Source: an uncultured Ignavibacteriales bacterium (GTDB lineage Bacteria; Bacteroidota; Ignavibacteria; Ignavibacteriales; Ignavibacteriaceae). Taken from it: a DNA stretch of 64,000 bases. The position numbers and the translations under genes are program-made. The stretch lies in contig CAVUOL010000075.1 of the NCBI GenBank assembly GCA_963742995.1, positions 59,093-123,092 of the forward strand, given 5' to 3'. Under the pieces are notes generated by a model. It made no database searches, was not told where the DNA came from, and saw only the letters and a list, made by a program, of their open reading frames with translations. This document shows positions 19,297 through 28,926 of the stretch, piece after piece (the first letter of the stretch is position 1; every line of letters begins with the position of its first letter).

Positions 19297-20328
19297 TTAA
19301 AATTCCCAATAGAAGGTGATTCGGGGTACAATATCATTACTATCCCCATGGTTTGGTGAATCTGCCTGATATGTAAAAACTTCTACGTTTGGAGTTATAC
19401 TAACATGCTCCACCGGGTTAAATTGAAGACCTGCCAGTATTAAATTCTTACCGTCTTTATTTGAATTTGAGTTGGTATTTGGATCAAACGTATCGAAACG
19501 GCCAACTATCTGAGCTTTATCACTTAAATTAGCATATGCCCATATTGATAAACCAAATCCTGATTTAGAACCTAAAGAACTATTGGGTGGTGTGTAACTG
19601 TTTTGCTGTGATTTTAAGAAAGCCTCCAGTCCTATTGAGAATTTACCTTTTTGCTTAAAGTTGATAAAGCCTGCGCCTACAAAAGCATTGACATCTTTTT
19701 TTGCTGCTTGCGGATATGAGGCGTAATCACCATAAACAGTAATTAATAGTTCAGGCGAAGGATCGAATTCCAATAATCCATAAACTCTCTTATCCTTATT
19801 TGCTTCTGGAGAATTACCCGAATTATTACCAATTTTTACCCAATATTTTATATTGCCGCTTTGAGATAGCTTCCCTTTTAAATCAATACCAAGATCCCGT
19901 GATGGGACAATTCCGTCTAAATCCATAATCGTTTTTTCAAGGTATCGATGCCCCCATGCTCCTTCTGAAACATCAAAAGCCGGTGTCGGTGAAATACCGA
20001 AGATAAGATCCGAACCTGTGAAGATATCTTTCCATTTTAACCACGCATCTTTTACCATTGTAGTAATTTTACCATTATTTGTAATCTCTCCCTGATCTGC
20101 TTCCATTCGGAAACGGGTAGAAAAATTATCTGAGATAGTATAATCACCGGTTATATAAATTCTCCTAAACTGAAACCCGTTGAAATTTTTTTGAGTTGAA
20201 TCATGAGCAGCTGCATTATAAAAATAATCACCGAACATGAGACCGCTAAATTTAGCCTGAGCGTTAATTTTAACCACTCCGAATAGCAAGAAAAGTGAAA
20301 GTACAAAAAATAAGTTTTGTTTTTTCAT
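19297..20328 (-). CDS. outer-membrane beta-barrel porin heading the pst operon (phosphate-selective porin O/P-like)
   Basis: 343 aa, signal peptide, alternating beta-strand pattern and C-terminal aromatic residue (..ITFYWEF). First gene of the porin-pstSCAB cluster. Confidence 0.65.
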   Translation of the reverse strand: MKKQNLFFVLSLFLLFGVVKINAQAKFSGLMFGDYFYNAAAHDSTQKNFNGFQFRRIYITGDYTISDNFSTRFRMEADQGEITNNGKITTMVKDAWLKWKDIFTGSDLIFGISPTPAFDVSEGAWGHRYLEKTIMDLDGIVPSRDLGIDLKGKLSQSGNIKYWVKIGNNSGNSPEANKDKRVYGLLEFDPSPELLITVYGDYASYPQAAKKDVNAFVGAGFINFKQKGKFSIGLEAFLKSQQNSYTPPNSSLGSKSGFGLSIWAYANLSDKAQIVGRFDTFDPNTNSNSNKDGKNLILAGLQFNPVEHVSITPNVEVFTYQADSPNHGDSNDIVPRITFYWEF

Positions 20329-20377
20329 AGTTTAAGCACCTTTTTTATTTAATAGACCTACAAACATAGAGAGCAAA

Positions 20378-20427
20378 TGTTATCACAATGTTAATCTATT
20401 GTTAAGGAAATGTTAACATTAGGTTAA
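20378..20427 (-). promoter_or_regulatory. Pho-box-like array: five direct hexamer repeats at exact 11-bp phasing
   Basis: Plus strand: TGTTAT 20378, TGTTAA 20389, TGTTAA 20400, TGTTAA 20411, GGTTAA 20422. On the operon (minus) strand these read TTAACC, TTAACA x3, ATAACA. Located 50-100 nt upstream of the porin ATG (20328). Confidence 0.65.
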
Positions 20428-20633
20428 CTATTTTTATGTTTTGTTTTTTGCAAAAAATTTTTCTTGAAAGGTAAAATGTATCGGTTATACCTGGAAAAAC
20501 TTTAATATGAAACAAATAATAAATTTATTAGGTATCTTAGGATATGTATTGAATTTGTATAAGAATTACTGAAGTTTATAGTTGTAAATAAATAATTATT
20601 CTTTATAGATTTTTATTAACTGATAAGAGCAAA

Positions 20634-21182
20634 ATGTCTGAAACCTTAAAAAATAAAGATATAAATAAAGATATCGAAAAAACCTTCTCAACATCAAATT
20701 CTCCTGATGAACTTTTTGATACCTTTAGAATCGCAATTGATCAAAAAATTGAGGATGTAGATCTATATAAAATTCTCTTGTGGAATAAGGCCCTGTCAAT
20801 TGACGAGCTCGGAATGTTTTCTGAGAAAATTAGTAAAGAATTTCCCCATTTTTCTTCTGAGATTTACCTTGCTGTTGCCAATGTACTGGATTCTGGCTCT
20901 ACATATAAAAACAAGGAGCTTGCATTCGTTTATATTAAAAAAGCTGCTGCCGGTAAATCTTCCGTTAAACCTTATGAAATCGCATCCGACCTTTATAATA
21001 AAGAATTAAATCTGCCGGATTTTGATAGAATTGTGAACTTTATGGAAGAAGGCTTACAATACGTTGAAGAAAAAAGTAGGTTAAGTTTCATCATTGCGAA
21101 ATTGTACGGGAAAGTTGGCGATATTGAAAAAGGGAAAAGCTATAAAATAAAAGGTGAAGAATATAAAATGAACGGACAGTAA
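20634..21182 (+). CDS. hypothetical helical protein
   Basis: 182-aa ORF with no recognisable motifs. Coding-like composition. Confidence 0.45.
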   Translation: MSETLKNKDINKDIEKTFSTSNSPDELFDTFRIAIDQKIEDVDLYKILLWNKALSIDELGMFSEKISKEFPHFSSEIYLAVANVLDSGSTYKNKELAFVYIKKAAAGKSSVKPYEIASDLYNKELNLPDFDRIVNFMEEGLQYVEEKSRLSFIIAKLYGKVGDIEKGKSYKIKGEEYKMNGQ

Positions 21183-21183
21183 T

Positions 21184-21243
21184 GCGAAACTCCGTTTCGC
21201 AAATTTTAAACTCCGTTTCGCAAAAGAGGCATTGAAACAATGT
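21184..21243. repeat. REP-like hairpin pair GCGAAAC-TCC-GTTTCGC plus conserved tail
   Basis: Full hairpin at 21184-21200, a second (left arm truncated) at 21208-21221, then AAAAGAGGCATTGAAACAATG. Related copies at 50997-51034 and 51863-51903. Confidence 0.85.
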
Positions 21244-21252
21244 GTTCAAATA

Positions 21253-23964
21253 TTAATAATAATATCCTATCGAAAAGTAAAATATAGTCTCTCCCCAGAA
21301 CACGGGATTCCCTGCTTGAGTCTTTTCAAATAAAAAACTTTTCCCCACAGAAAATTTAGCTGGTCCTATTGGTGTATCGAAGGATAAACTTGTACCTATG
21401 CCATGGTGTAAATCCTTAAATCTTATCTGTTCCTGCTCTGGCCATACATAACCAAGATCATATCTCGCACTGAAATATGTGTCAAAGAAAATTTCAAAAG
21501 GAAGTTTATATCTGTACTCCAGCGAAGTCAAAAATATCTGTCTCCCTCTATATTCATCTTTTCTTAACCCGTAAAACATCTCCTGTCCCCCAAGAGAATA
21601 TTGCTCACTTATTGGAAGTGTTTTATCCGCAAAACCTATTCTAATTCTGGGAGAAAATGTATGCACTCTTCCAAAAGTAACATAACCCCTGTAATTGAAC
21701 CCCACATTAAAATATCCAACATCCCCCCCTAATACCGTTTGTGCAGTTTCATAGAATCCGGAAAAATATAATCCTTTGTCTGGAAATGGATATTTATCCT
21801 GAGTATCTATTGTTGAACTCGCTTTTAAGCTTACAATTTTCAACTTATATGCGTTAAATCCCGTTATGCCTTGTTTAATCTTAACCTGATCGAATTTATA
21901 TATCCCCTGGAATATTAAATTTCCGAATTTCTCAACCTGCGCTCCCAGCGATAGAGAAGTACCATAATATATTTGTCTGTATTCTCCATTGATTGACCTT
22001 GAAAATTCTCTTTCTGAAACCGTGGAGTCATTTCTATACGTATATGCATCATCAAATTGGTAGAAGGCATTTATCTTATATGTAAAATATGTATTAAAAA
22101 TTCTGTTTGACTTATGTTCTAATACATAAGCCCTGTTCCTTGAACCACCGAAAAGCAATAACCCTAACTCGGTGCCCGTTCCAAATAGGTTTTCATCCCT
22201 GATATCCATGCTCATTTGAAATTTATCTTCATTATCTACTCTAAAACCAAATCTAACAAGGCTTGATATTTTTTCTATAACATTGATTGTCAAAATATTC
22301 TCATCATTCTCCCTTTTCACTGTAAGAATTATATCATCAAATAAATTTGTGCTCCTAAGATCAATTAACCCTTCCTTTACCTTATCATAAGAAAAATAAT
22401 TTCCGTCCCTTAAAGGAAATTCTCTTAAAATAATACTTGGCTTCGTATATTTATTTCCTTCAATTACAATTTCTGATATCATCCCTTCATCAAAGGTTAT
22501 ATTTAAAACACCGGTATTAGGTTGGAATTCACATTTTTCAAGATCCGCCAGCGAATAGCCTAACCCTCTATATATTTCTAGAACCTTTATGATTTTTGAA
22601 TATAATTTTCTACTGTTGAATGGTTTACCGGTTAAGGATTCAAAAATTGATTCCGCCTTTCCTGTATCTATTAGACTAATTCCTTTTAAATTAATTTTTT
22701 CAATAATCGGATTCTTTTCTAAAATAAAATTTATTTCGGATCTGTTCCCATATTCCGTTACCTTCGCTTCAACATTTTTATAATCACCTGATTCTAAAAG
22801 ATTTCCTAGCGTTTTTACTATCTCGTAGTTGGAAATTGAATCTCTGTATCCTAATTTAACCAATGTTGGATAGCTGGTAATTGAAAAGTTGTTCTCTAGT
22901 GTTACGTTCTTTATGAAATACTTTCCTTCACTTTTTTCTAAATTCTTATTATAAATTGAATCTATTTTCTCTTTTATTCCTTGAACATATGTAAGACCAC
23001 TGTTATATCCTTTTTTAACCAATGTATCTATCTCGGTAAAATCAATGGGATCTTTATCCGAAAGGTTTGGATTTATTATAACATTAGCATTATTTAATTG
23101 CTCTTCGTTTAATATTTTCATAGGAATGCTTATAATTTGATCCGCAATTATCCACGGAAGGGTAAGCTCCGACTTTGAATGTAGCCCGCTTGTTGTATTT
23201 ACTGCTATTATAAAATCTGCTCCGCTTTTTGATGCTATATTTACCGGAACATTTGCAACTAAACCTCCGTCTACTAATATTAATGAATCCATTTTAACAG
23301 GAGACAGAAGAAACGAAACGCTTGAACTGGCTCTCATTGCCTGACTTAAAGAACCGCTTTTGATTATAACCGGATTTCCGGTTACTAGATCAGTACAGAC
23401 CGCCCTGAATTTATATCTTAAATCATCAAAACTATTTTTTACATGAATTGGAGCTTGGAAAGCAAGCAGGTTTAGATAACTTGTTAACCTCTGACCGTTA
23501 TTTATCGAGGTTGGAATTATTGGCGTGAGCCCCTTTAATCTTAAGGAAAAAATAGCTTTATCCTCTGTTATTTTTTGATCTACAAATAGCTCTTTTCTAT
23601 CGGTTTCTCTCGAAGAAGCAAGTATATCTTCCCAATTTGTATTCTCCGATATGGAATCAATTTGAGCGAGAGTATATCCAGCCGAATATAGTCCGCCTAT
23701 TACACTCCCCATACTGGTACCAACTATAATTTCAATTGGTATGTCGTTATCCTTTAGTGCTTCTAAAATTCCAATTTGGGCTAATCCCTTTGCTCCTCCG
23801 CCGCTTAACGCAATCGCTACTTTAGGAGAAAACGCCGGAACTTGATATGTTAAATCAAATGGAAGTTTTACCGTCCTTGTCGGAACCTTAATGGTTCGAA
23901 TGGTTTGAGAATAAATAATTAAAGGCAGAAATAATATTATAACTATTTTTCTAAAATAAATCAT
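21253..23964 (-). CDS. patatin-like phospholipase fused to POTRA/Omp85 beta-barrel (PlpD-like)
   Basis: 903 aa. Signal peptide, patatin motifs GGGAKG and GTSMGS with a DGG catalytic-Asp motif, and a long C-terminal beta-barrel ending in aromatic residues (..SIGYYY). Confidence 0.8.
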   Translation of the reverse strand: MIYFRKIVIILFLPLIIYSQTIRTIKVPTRTVKLPFDLTYQVPAFSPKVAIALSGGGAKGLAQIGILEALKDNDIPIEIIVGTSMGSVIGGLYSAGYTLAQIDSISENTNWEDILASSRETDRKELFVDQKITEDKAIFSLRLKGLTPIIPTSINNGQRLTSYLNLLAFQAPIHVKNSFDDLRYKFRAVCTDLVTGNPVIIKSGSLSQAMRASSSVSFLLSPVKMDSLILVDGGLVANVPVNIASKSGADFIIAVNTTSGLHSKSELTLPWIIADQIISIPMKILNEEQLNNANVIINPNLSDKDPIDFTEIDTLVKKGYNSGLTYVQGIKEKIDSIYNKNLEKSEGKYFIKNVTLENNFSITSYPTLVKLGYRDSISNYEIVKTLGNLLESGDYKNVEAKVTEYGNRSEINFILEKNPIIEKINLKGISLIDTGKAESIFESLTGKPFNSRKLYSKIIKVLEIYRGLGYSLADLEKCEFQPNTGVLNITFDEGMISEIVIEGNKYTKPSIILREFPLRDGNYFSYDKVKEGLIDLRSTNLFDDIILTVKRENDENILTINVIEKISSLVRFGFRVDNEDKFQMSMDIRDENLFGTGTELGLLLFGGSRNRAYVLEHKSNRIFNTYFTYKINAFYQFDDAYTYRNDSTVSEREFSRSINGEYRQIYYGTSLSLGAQVEKFGNLIFQGIYKFDQVKIKQGITGFNAYKLKIVSLKASSTIDTQDKYPFPDKGLYFSGFYETAQTVLGGDVGYFNVGFNYRGYVTFGRVHTFSPRIRIGFADKTLPISEQYSLGGQEMFYGLRKDEYRGRQIFLTSLEYRYKLPFEIFFDTYFSARYDLGYVWPEQEQIRFKDLHHGIGTSLSFDTPIGPAKFSVGKSFLFEKTQAGNPVFWGETIFYFSIGYYY

Positions 23965-24082
23965 TTATGATTTACAACTTTTATCCCGCATGGCAAGGAT
24001 CTGGTTCATAAAATTTATAATCGAAAAATAAACATTTTTTCAGGATATGTATGGGCAATTTCCTATATATATTTGAGATTGG

Positions 24083-25981
24083 TTAACGCTTTCTCCTCTG
24101 TTGCTGCACTTTTGAATTCTGCTCTGCCGTTTCCATCAGCTTCTGCATAAAACCTTTCGATTTCTTTGGGTTCTTTACCGGCTGCAGAACCATTCCATCA
24201 TGCTTATGATTAATATAATATTGTTGTGCAATTGAGAAAACATTGAACATAAAATAATAAAGATTTAGCCCGGAAGGGAAACTCATAAACATTATTGTTA
24301 AAAATACAGGCATTATATAAACTAACGATTGTTGTTTTGGGTCTTTAACACTCATTTTTTGTTGAACGAATGTAGTAACACCCATCAGTAACGCTAACCC
24401 GCTAAGTTGATCTATACCGAAAATTGGAAGCTTGAATGGTAAATTATATATAACATCAGGCTGTGAAAGATCTTTTATCCACCAAAAAAATGGCTGTTGT
24501 CTTAAATCAATTGCAATTTTTAATAATCCCCACAATGCAATGAATATTGGCATTTGAAGAAGTAGTGGAAGACATCCGCCCGCCGGATTTACTCCATAGG
24601 TAGAGTAAAGTTTCATCGTCTCTTTATTTACTTTCTGCGGATCATCCTTGTATTTTTCTTTTAACTCTGCAATCTTTGGTTGAAGAAGCTGCATCTTCTT
24701 CATTGATTGATAGCTCGTCTTCGTCAATGGATAAAGTACAAATTTTATAATCAATGAGAATACTACTATAACTACGCCGTAGTTCGGAATGAACAGATGA
24801 AGAAAATTAAATAAGGGAAGAAGTATATATATGGCGATTGGTCTTACTAAAAATTTCAATCCGAAAAAACTTCCAAAATCTACAATTGCAGATAAATTGT
24901 TTCCATATTCCTTTAATATACCATAATCTACCGGGCCGAGATATAATGTAAATGTGTTTTTTTCAAAATCTGTATTATTAAAGGGAATAAATAATTGCGC
25001 ATCATATTTTTCTACCACTCCTTGGTTCGCTATCTCTTTTCTGTTTCCGTCTATATAAGCACCCCCTATATTTGATGGATTTTGAGGGGCAATAATTACT
25101 GCAAAATATTTGTTTCTTATCCCTAACCAATCTATTCTTCCGTTGAATGTCTTTTCCTCCTTCTCATCCGGATGTGAAGCATCAACAGCAACTTGTTCCC
25201 CTCCATAATAAACGCTCGCATCTGAATAACTTGCCTCATCAACAGAATTATATTCAACAAACCTAATCCCGTTATCCCATACAAGATCGTATGTGTTGTT
25301 GCTTATAATATTATTCATCCCCTTAAGTTCAATCTCACTGGTTAAACTATATTTGTCTCCGTAAAAAATATATATTTTTCTTATATACTTATTCTCACCT
25401 AAATTTAATGTGAATGTTATTGTAAGAGAATCATTCCCCCTTATCTTATATTTCTGCTCGCTTAATTTAACATCAAAATCAAGGTTTGCTGTATTTATTG
25501 CTTTCCCGTCTGAGGAAACAAATGATAAATCATATGAGCCTCCCTCCGATGAGTTAATTAACTGCACGTGTGTCTGATAAAAATTTGATGTATCGTCTTC
25601 AACTTCAGCTGAATACCAGTTATGAAATTTCTTTAAATAATATTTCTTGATATTTCCGCCGTGGGTTGAGAATTCCATTTTAACTAGATTGTTTTCTACT
25701 GTAATTATTTTTTCCGGTTTCGACGGCAATGAAAAATATTTTCCATACTTTAGACTGTCGCCTGTTTCCGTCTGCGGGTTCTCCTCTTTCGGTGGTTTAA
25801 CAACTTTTTTTGTTATAGATTCTTTCCCCTTTGTTGGTGTTTTAGCTGATGTATCTGCCGTTTGTGTTGAATCAATTTGTTTTTGGGGTATCTGTTTTTG
25901 TGGTTCCGGAGCATTTACATACATCCATATTATTAATAAACCACCAATTAATATAAAAGCTAATACTGTTTTTTTATCCAT
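24083..25981 (-). CDS. yidC: membrane protein insertase YidC
   Basis: 632 aa. N-terminal TM, large periplasmic domain, and a C-terminal 60-kDa IMP core (..GCLPLLLQMPIFIALW..). Sits in the conserved rpmH-rnpA-yidD-yidC order. Confidence 0.95.
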   Translation of the reverse strand: MDKKTVLAFILIGGLLIIWMYVNAPEPQKQIPQKQIDSTQTADTSAKTPTKGKESITKKVVKPPKEENPQTETGDSLKYGKYFSLPSKPEKIITVENNLVKMEFSTHGGNIKKYYLKKFHNWYSAEVEDDTSNFYQTHVQLINSSEGGSYDLSFVSSDGKAINTANLDFDVKLSEQKYKIRGNDSLTITFTLNLGENKYIRKIYIFYGDKYSLTSEIELKGMNNIISNNTYDLVWDNGIRFVEYNSVDEASYSDASVYYGGEQVAVDASHPDEKEEKTFNGRIDWLGIRNKYFAVIIAPQNPSNIGGAYIDGNRKEIANQGVVEKYDAQLFIPFNNTDFEKNTFTLYLGPVDYGILKEYGNNLSAIVDFGSFFGLKFLVRPIAIYILLPLFNFLHLFIPNYGVVIVVFSLIIKFVLYPLTKTSYQSMKKMQLLQPKIAELKEKYKDDPQKVNKETMKLYSTYGVNPAGGCLPLLLQMPIFIALWGLLKIAIDLRQQPFFWWIKDLSQPDVIYNLPFKLPIFGIDQLSGLALLMGVTTFVQQKMSVKDPKQQSLVYIMPVFLTIMFMSFPSGLNLYYFMFNVFSIAQQYYINHKHDGMVLQPVKNPKKSKGFMQKLMETAEQNSKVQQQRRKR

Positions 25982-25991
25982 TTAAATTCCA

Positions 25992-26201
25992 TTATTGCAG
26001 CGGATCATATCCGCCTTTATTAAAAGGATTACATCTTAAAACTCGCCAGATAGTCTTTGCACCCCCCTTTATTATTCCATACTTTGTAAATGCTTGAATT
26101 CCGTATTCAGAACAGGTAGGATAAAATCGACAAGACGGAGGAAATAACGGCGAAATAATTCTTTGATATCCCTTTATTATTATTACAAATATTCTCGACA
26201 T
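25992..26201 (-). CDS. yidD: membrane protein insertion efficiency factor YidD
   Basis: 69 aa. [19 protein letters not shown]...RCNPF..GGYDP is the YidD signature. Confidence 0.9.
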   Translation of the reverse strand: MSRIFVIIIKGYQRIISPLFPPSCRFYPTCSEYGIQAFTKYGIIKGGAKTIWRVLRCNPFNKGGYDPLQ

Positions 26202-26202
26202 C

Positions 26203-26601
26203 TCAAATGGTGCCTTTAATCTTGAACATTATGTCTATAACTTCCGGCATAATATATTTCAGATTCAAGTTTTTATTCTTCTTCTGGTTCAGTATGTTTG
26301 GTGAAAAAACAATTTTCACCAAATATTCTTTCTCTTTCGCATAACTAATTAAAATATCCTTGTTTAACCGGTAAGATTCTTTTATTAGTCTTTTTAATCT
26401 ATTCCTCCAAACTGCAGTTCCTGCTTTTTTATAAACTGCCGGCGCTATCTTTACTCCCGGATTGTCTGGCTCTTTCTCAACTATATAAAGTGCCTTAATT
26501 TTTTTGTTTGTGGAAAATAGTATCTTTCCGGAGGTATATATTTTCTGGAAATCTTTTCTGCTTTTTATTCTTTCGCTAAACGAAAGTCCAAACTGATTCA
26601 A
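26203..26601 (-). CDS. rnpA: ribonuclease P protein component
   Basis: 132-aa basic protein with ..[16 protein letters not shown].. (RNR motif), between rpmH and yidD. Confidence 0.85.
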   Translation of the reverse strand: MNQFGLSFSERIKSRKDFQKIYTSGKILFSTNKKIKALYIVEKEPDNPGVKIAPAVYKKAGTAVWRNRLKRLIKESYRLNKDILISYAKEKEYLVKIVFSPNILNQKKNKNLNLKYIMPEVIDIMFKIKGTI

Positions 26602-26606
26602 GTAAT

Positions 26607-26753
26607 TTATTTCTCATCACTTACTGTTAATTTTTTCCTTCCTTTGGCTCTCCTTCTTGATAATACTTTTCTTCCGTTTTTGGTCTTCATCCTCTCTCTG
26701 AATCCGTGCTTATTCTTTCTTTTCCTGTTGCTTGGCTGATATGTTCTTTTCAT
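26607..26753 (-). CDS. rpmH: 50S ribosomal protein L34
   Basis: Below the ORF-track length cutoff; hand-translated: [48 protein letters not shown] (48 aa), the canonical L34 sequence. Confidence 0.9.
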   Translation of the reverse strand: MKRTYQPSNRKRKNKHGFRERMKTKNGRKVLSRRRAKGRKKLTVSDEK

Positions 26754-27185
26754 TTATTACTCCTTTTTTCAAAAGACTTTAAAAATAAGTATTGATATTT
26801 TTATAAACAAGATAATTTCTCTTCATAAATTTATTTCTCTATTAAAAAATAATATTTAATTTTTATAAAAATTAATTTGCACTGCTCAATATTACTTCCT
26901 ATTTTTTCACTAGGTTAGACAGCCGAAATTAATGTTAATATCTTGTGGATAATTTTATTTTGTGAAAACGTTTCACAGTCTAATATGGGCTTAATTAGGG
27001 CGACGACTTTTATATCAATGTGTGTTCATTTAAAGCAGAAAAATCTAACCCATTATAATTTAATGATTTACGGGTAGGTATTTAATGTGGATATCTTGTG
27101 GATAAACACGTTTTGTATTTCCCGTGGTTGAAATAAAAGCTTCTTAATTTTAAAAAATAAATCTTTTTAATTGTGGATAATCTTT
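26754..27185. other. oriC part 1 / dnaA promoter region with four co-oriented DnaA boxes
   Basis: TGTGGATAA at 26944-26952, 27097-27105 and 27172-27180; TGTGGATAT at 27086-27094 (complement of TTATCCACA). AT-rich stretch about 26780-26900. Divergent rpmH/dnaA arrangement. Confidence 0.75.
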
Positions 27186-28574
27186 ATGCTTAATTCTTTA
27201 ATTTTTGAAAAAAAACTCCTCTCGGATCATGAAACCCTCTGGAAAGAATGTTTGAAAACCATCAAGCAGAACGTTACTTTAATGACTTATAATACATGGT
27301 TTCAGCCTATAAAATCCTTGGAAGTTAAAGATTCAACTCTAACCGTACAACTCCCCAGCCATTTCTTTTGGGAATGGATTGATGAACATTTCAACACTTT
27401 AATAAACAAAACTATTCATGAAGTGTTAGGTGAAAATGCTAAGTTAGCTTATATTATTGCTGAAGAAAAGGAATCTAATCAGCATTCACAAAAGCCGGTT
27501 CGGTTATCTTCTCAGCCTATTCTCAAAAATAAACCTAACTTTGAAACTTATTTAAATTCCAGGTATACTTTTGATAACTTTATCAAAGGTGAAGGCAATC
27601 AATTAGCAAGAGCTGCTGCTAGTGCTATTAGTGATAATCCCGGCGGTACTTCATTTAACCCCTTTTTTGTTTACGGTGGGGTAGGGCTCGGCAAAACTCA
27701 TCTAATTCAGGCTATTGGAAACAAAATAGTTAATAACTTCCCCGCAAAAAGAGTTATTTATCTTTCTTCGGATATTTTTACTGTTGAGTTCGTCGAAGCT
27801 ATTCAGTCCAATAAAGTAAATGAGTTTTCAAGCTTTTATAGAAATATGGATGTTTTAATTATTGATGATATCCAATTTCTTATTGGAAAAGAAAAAACTC
27901 AAGATCTTTTCTTTCATATATTTAATACCCTGCATCAATCAAGAAAACAAATAATTTTATCAAGCGATAAAGCCCCGAAAGACTTAAAGGGTCTGGATGA
28001 CCGGCTAATATCAAGATTTCAATGGGGACTTCCAGCTGATATTCAGCCCCCGGAACTCGAAACTAGAATCGCGATTTTAAAAAAGAAATCTGAAGATTTT
28101 GGAATGGAAGTTTCTAACGAAATTCTCGAATATATTGCAAATAATATAACTTCTAACATTCGTGAACTTGAAGGATGCTTAATAAAACTGTTGGCAAACT
28201 CCTCTCTTAACTCAAAAGAAGTTAATATTGAACTCGCAAAAAAAACTGTAAAGGAGATTGCTACTGATAGAAAGGTAAATATTACAATTGAAACTATTAC
28301 TAAACATGTATGCTCATATCTAAAAGTTGATGAAAATAAAATCAGGGATAAAACCAGAAAAAAAGAGATTGTCCTGGCAAGACAATTAGCTATGTTTCTC
28401 TCAAAAGAATTAACGAAATCATCTTTAAAGACTATTGGTTTGCATTTTGGAGGCAGGGATCATTCCACTGTTATCCATGCATGTACTTCTATTGAAGGCT
28501 CCAGAACAAAAGATGTGGCTTTGAGAGAAATTATTGAAACTCTGAAAAACCAGATCGAAATAAGTTCTTCATAA
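27186..28574 (+). CDS. dnaA: chromosomal replication initiator protein DnaA
   Basis: Walker A GGVGLGKTHL, box VII/sensor motifs, and a C-terminal DNA-binding domain (..LARQLAMFLSKELT..SLKTIGLHFGGRDHSTVIHA). Start placed at ATG 27186 rather than the TTG at 27171, which lies inside a DnaA box. Confidence 0.95.
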   Translation: MLNSLIFEKKLLSDHETLWKECLKTIKQNVTLMTYNTWFQPIKSLEVKDSTLTVQLPSHFFWEWIDEHFNTLINKTIHEVLGENAKLAYIIAEEKESNQHSQKPVRLSSQPILKNKPNFETYLNSRYTFDNFIKGEGNQLARAAASAISDNPGGTSFNPFFVYGGVGLGKTHLIQAIGNKIVNNFPAKRVIYLSSDIFTVEFVEAIQSNKVNEFSSFYRNMDVLIIDDIQFLIGKEKTQDLFFHIFNTLHQSRKQIILSSDKAPKDLKGLDDRLISRFQWGLPADIQPPELETRIAILKKKSEDFGMEVSNEILEYIANNITSNIRELEGCLIKLLANSSLNSKEVNIELAKKTVKEIATDRKVNITIETITKHVCSYLKVDENKIRDKTRKKEIVLARQLAMFLSKELTKSSLKTIGLHFGGRDHSTVIHACTSIEGSRTKDVALREIIETLKNQIEISSS

Positions 28575-28583
28575 TTTTTTTAT

Positions 28584-28618
28584 GTGAGACTTACATCTAA
28601 AGTAAGTCTCACTTTTTA
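28584..28618 (+). terminator. rho-independent terminator after dnaA
   Basis: Perfect 11-bp stem GTGAGACTTAC / GTAAGTCTCAC, 7-nt loop, then TTTTT. Confidence 0.8.
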
Positions 28619-28743
28619 TTAAAAACCCCGAACTCCCGAACTTTTCCAATCATAGTATGCTCTGAAGAAAAATTATATTATAAAAAAAAACACTGTGTAG
28701 AAGTTGTTTATATCCCAACTATAACTTGTTAATAAATTTATAT

Positions 28744-28926
28744 TTATCAACAGTATGTTTATAAATTGCTTTTTTACAAAAACAAATTAACATTAAACAA
28801 CGTAAAAAAGTCTCTTTTTTTTATCGTCATATTCATATTTATGACATATCCACATATTCACACCCTTATTACTATTATTAATTTTAAATTAATATTTAAA
28901 TTATAATAATAATGTTGTTATCAACT
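28744..28926. other. oriC part 2 candidate: degenerate DnaA boxes flanking an A/T-only tract (possible DUE)
   Basis: TTATCAACA 28744-28752, ATATCCACA 28846-28854, TTATCAACT 28918-28926. The stretch 28861-28917 is almost pure A/T. Confidence 0.5.

Noticed and set aside
27171-27185. TTG at 27171 as the dnaA start (ORF-track call)
   Set aside because: The TTG is part of a DnaA box (TGTGGATAA, 27172-27180). The ATG at 27186 gives a normal DnaA N-terminus.
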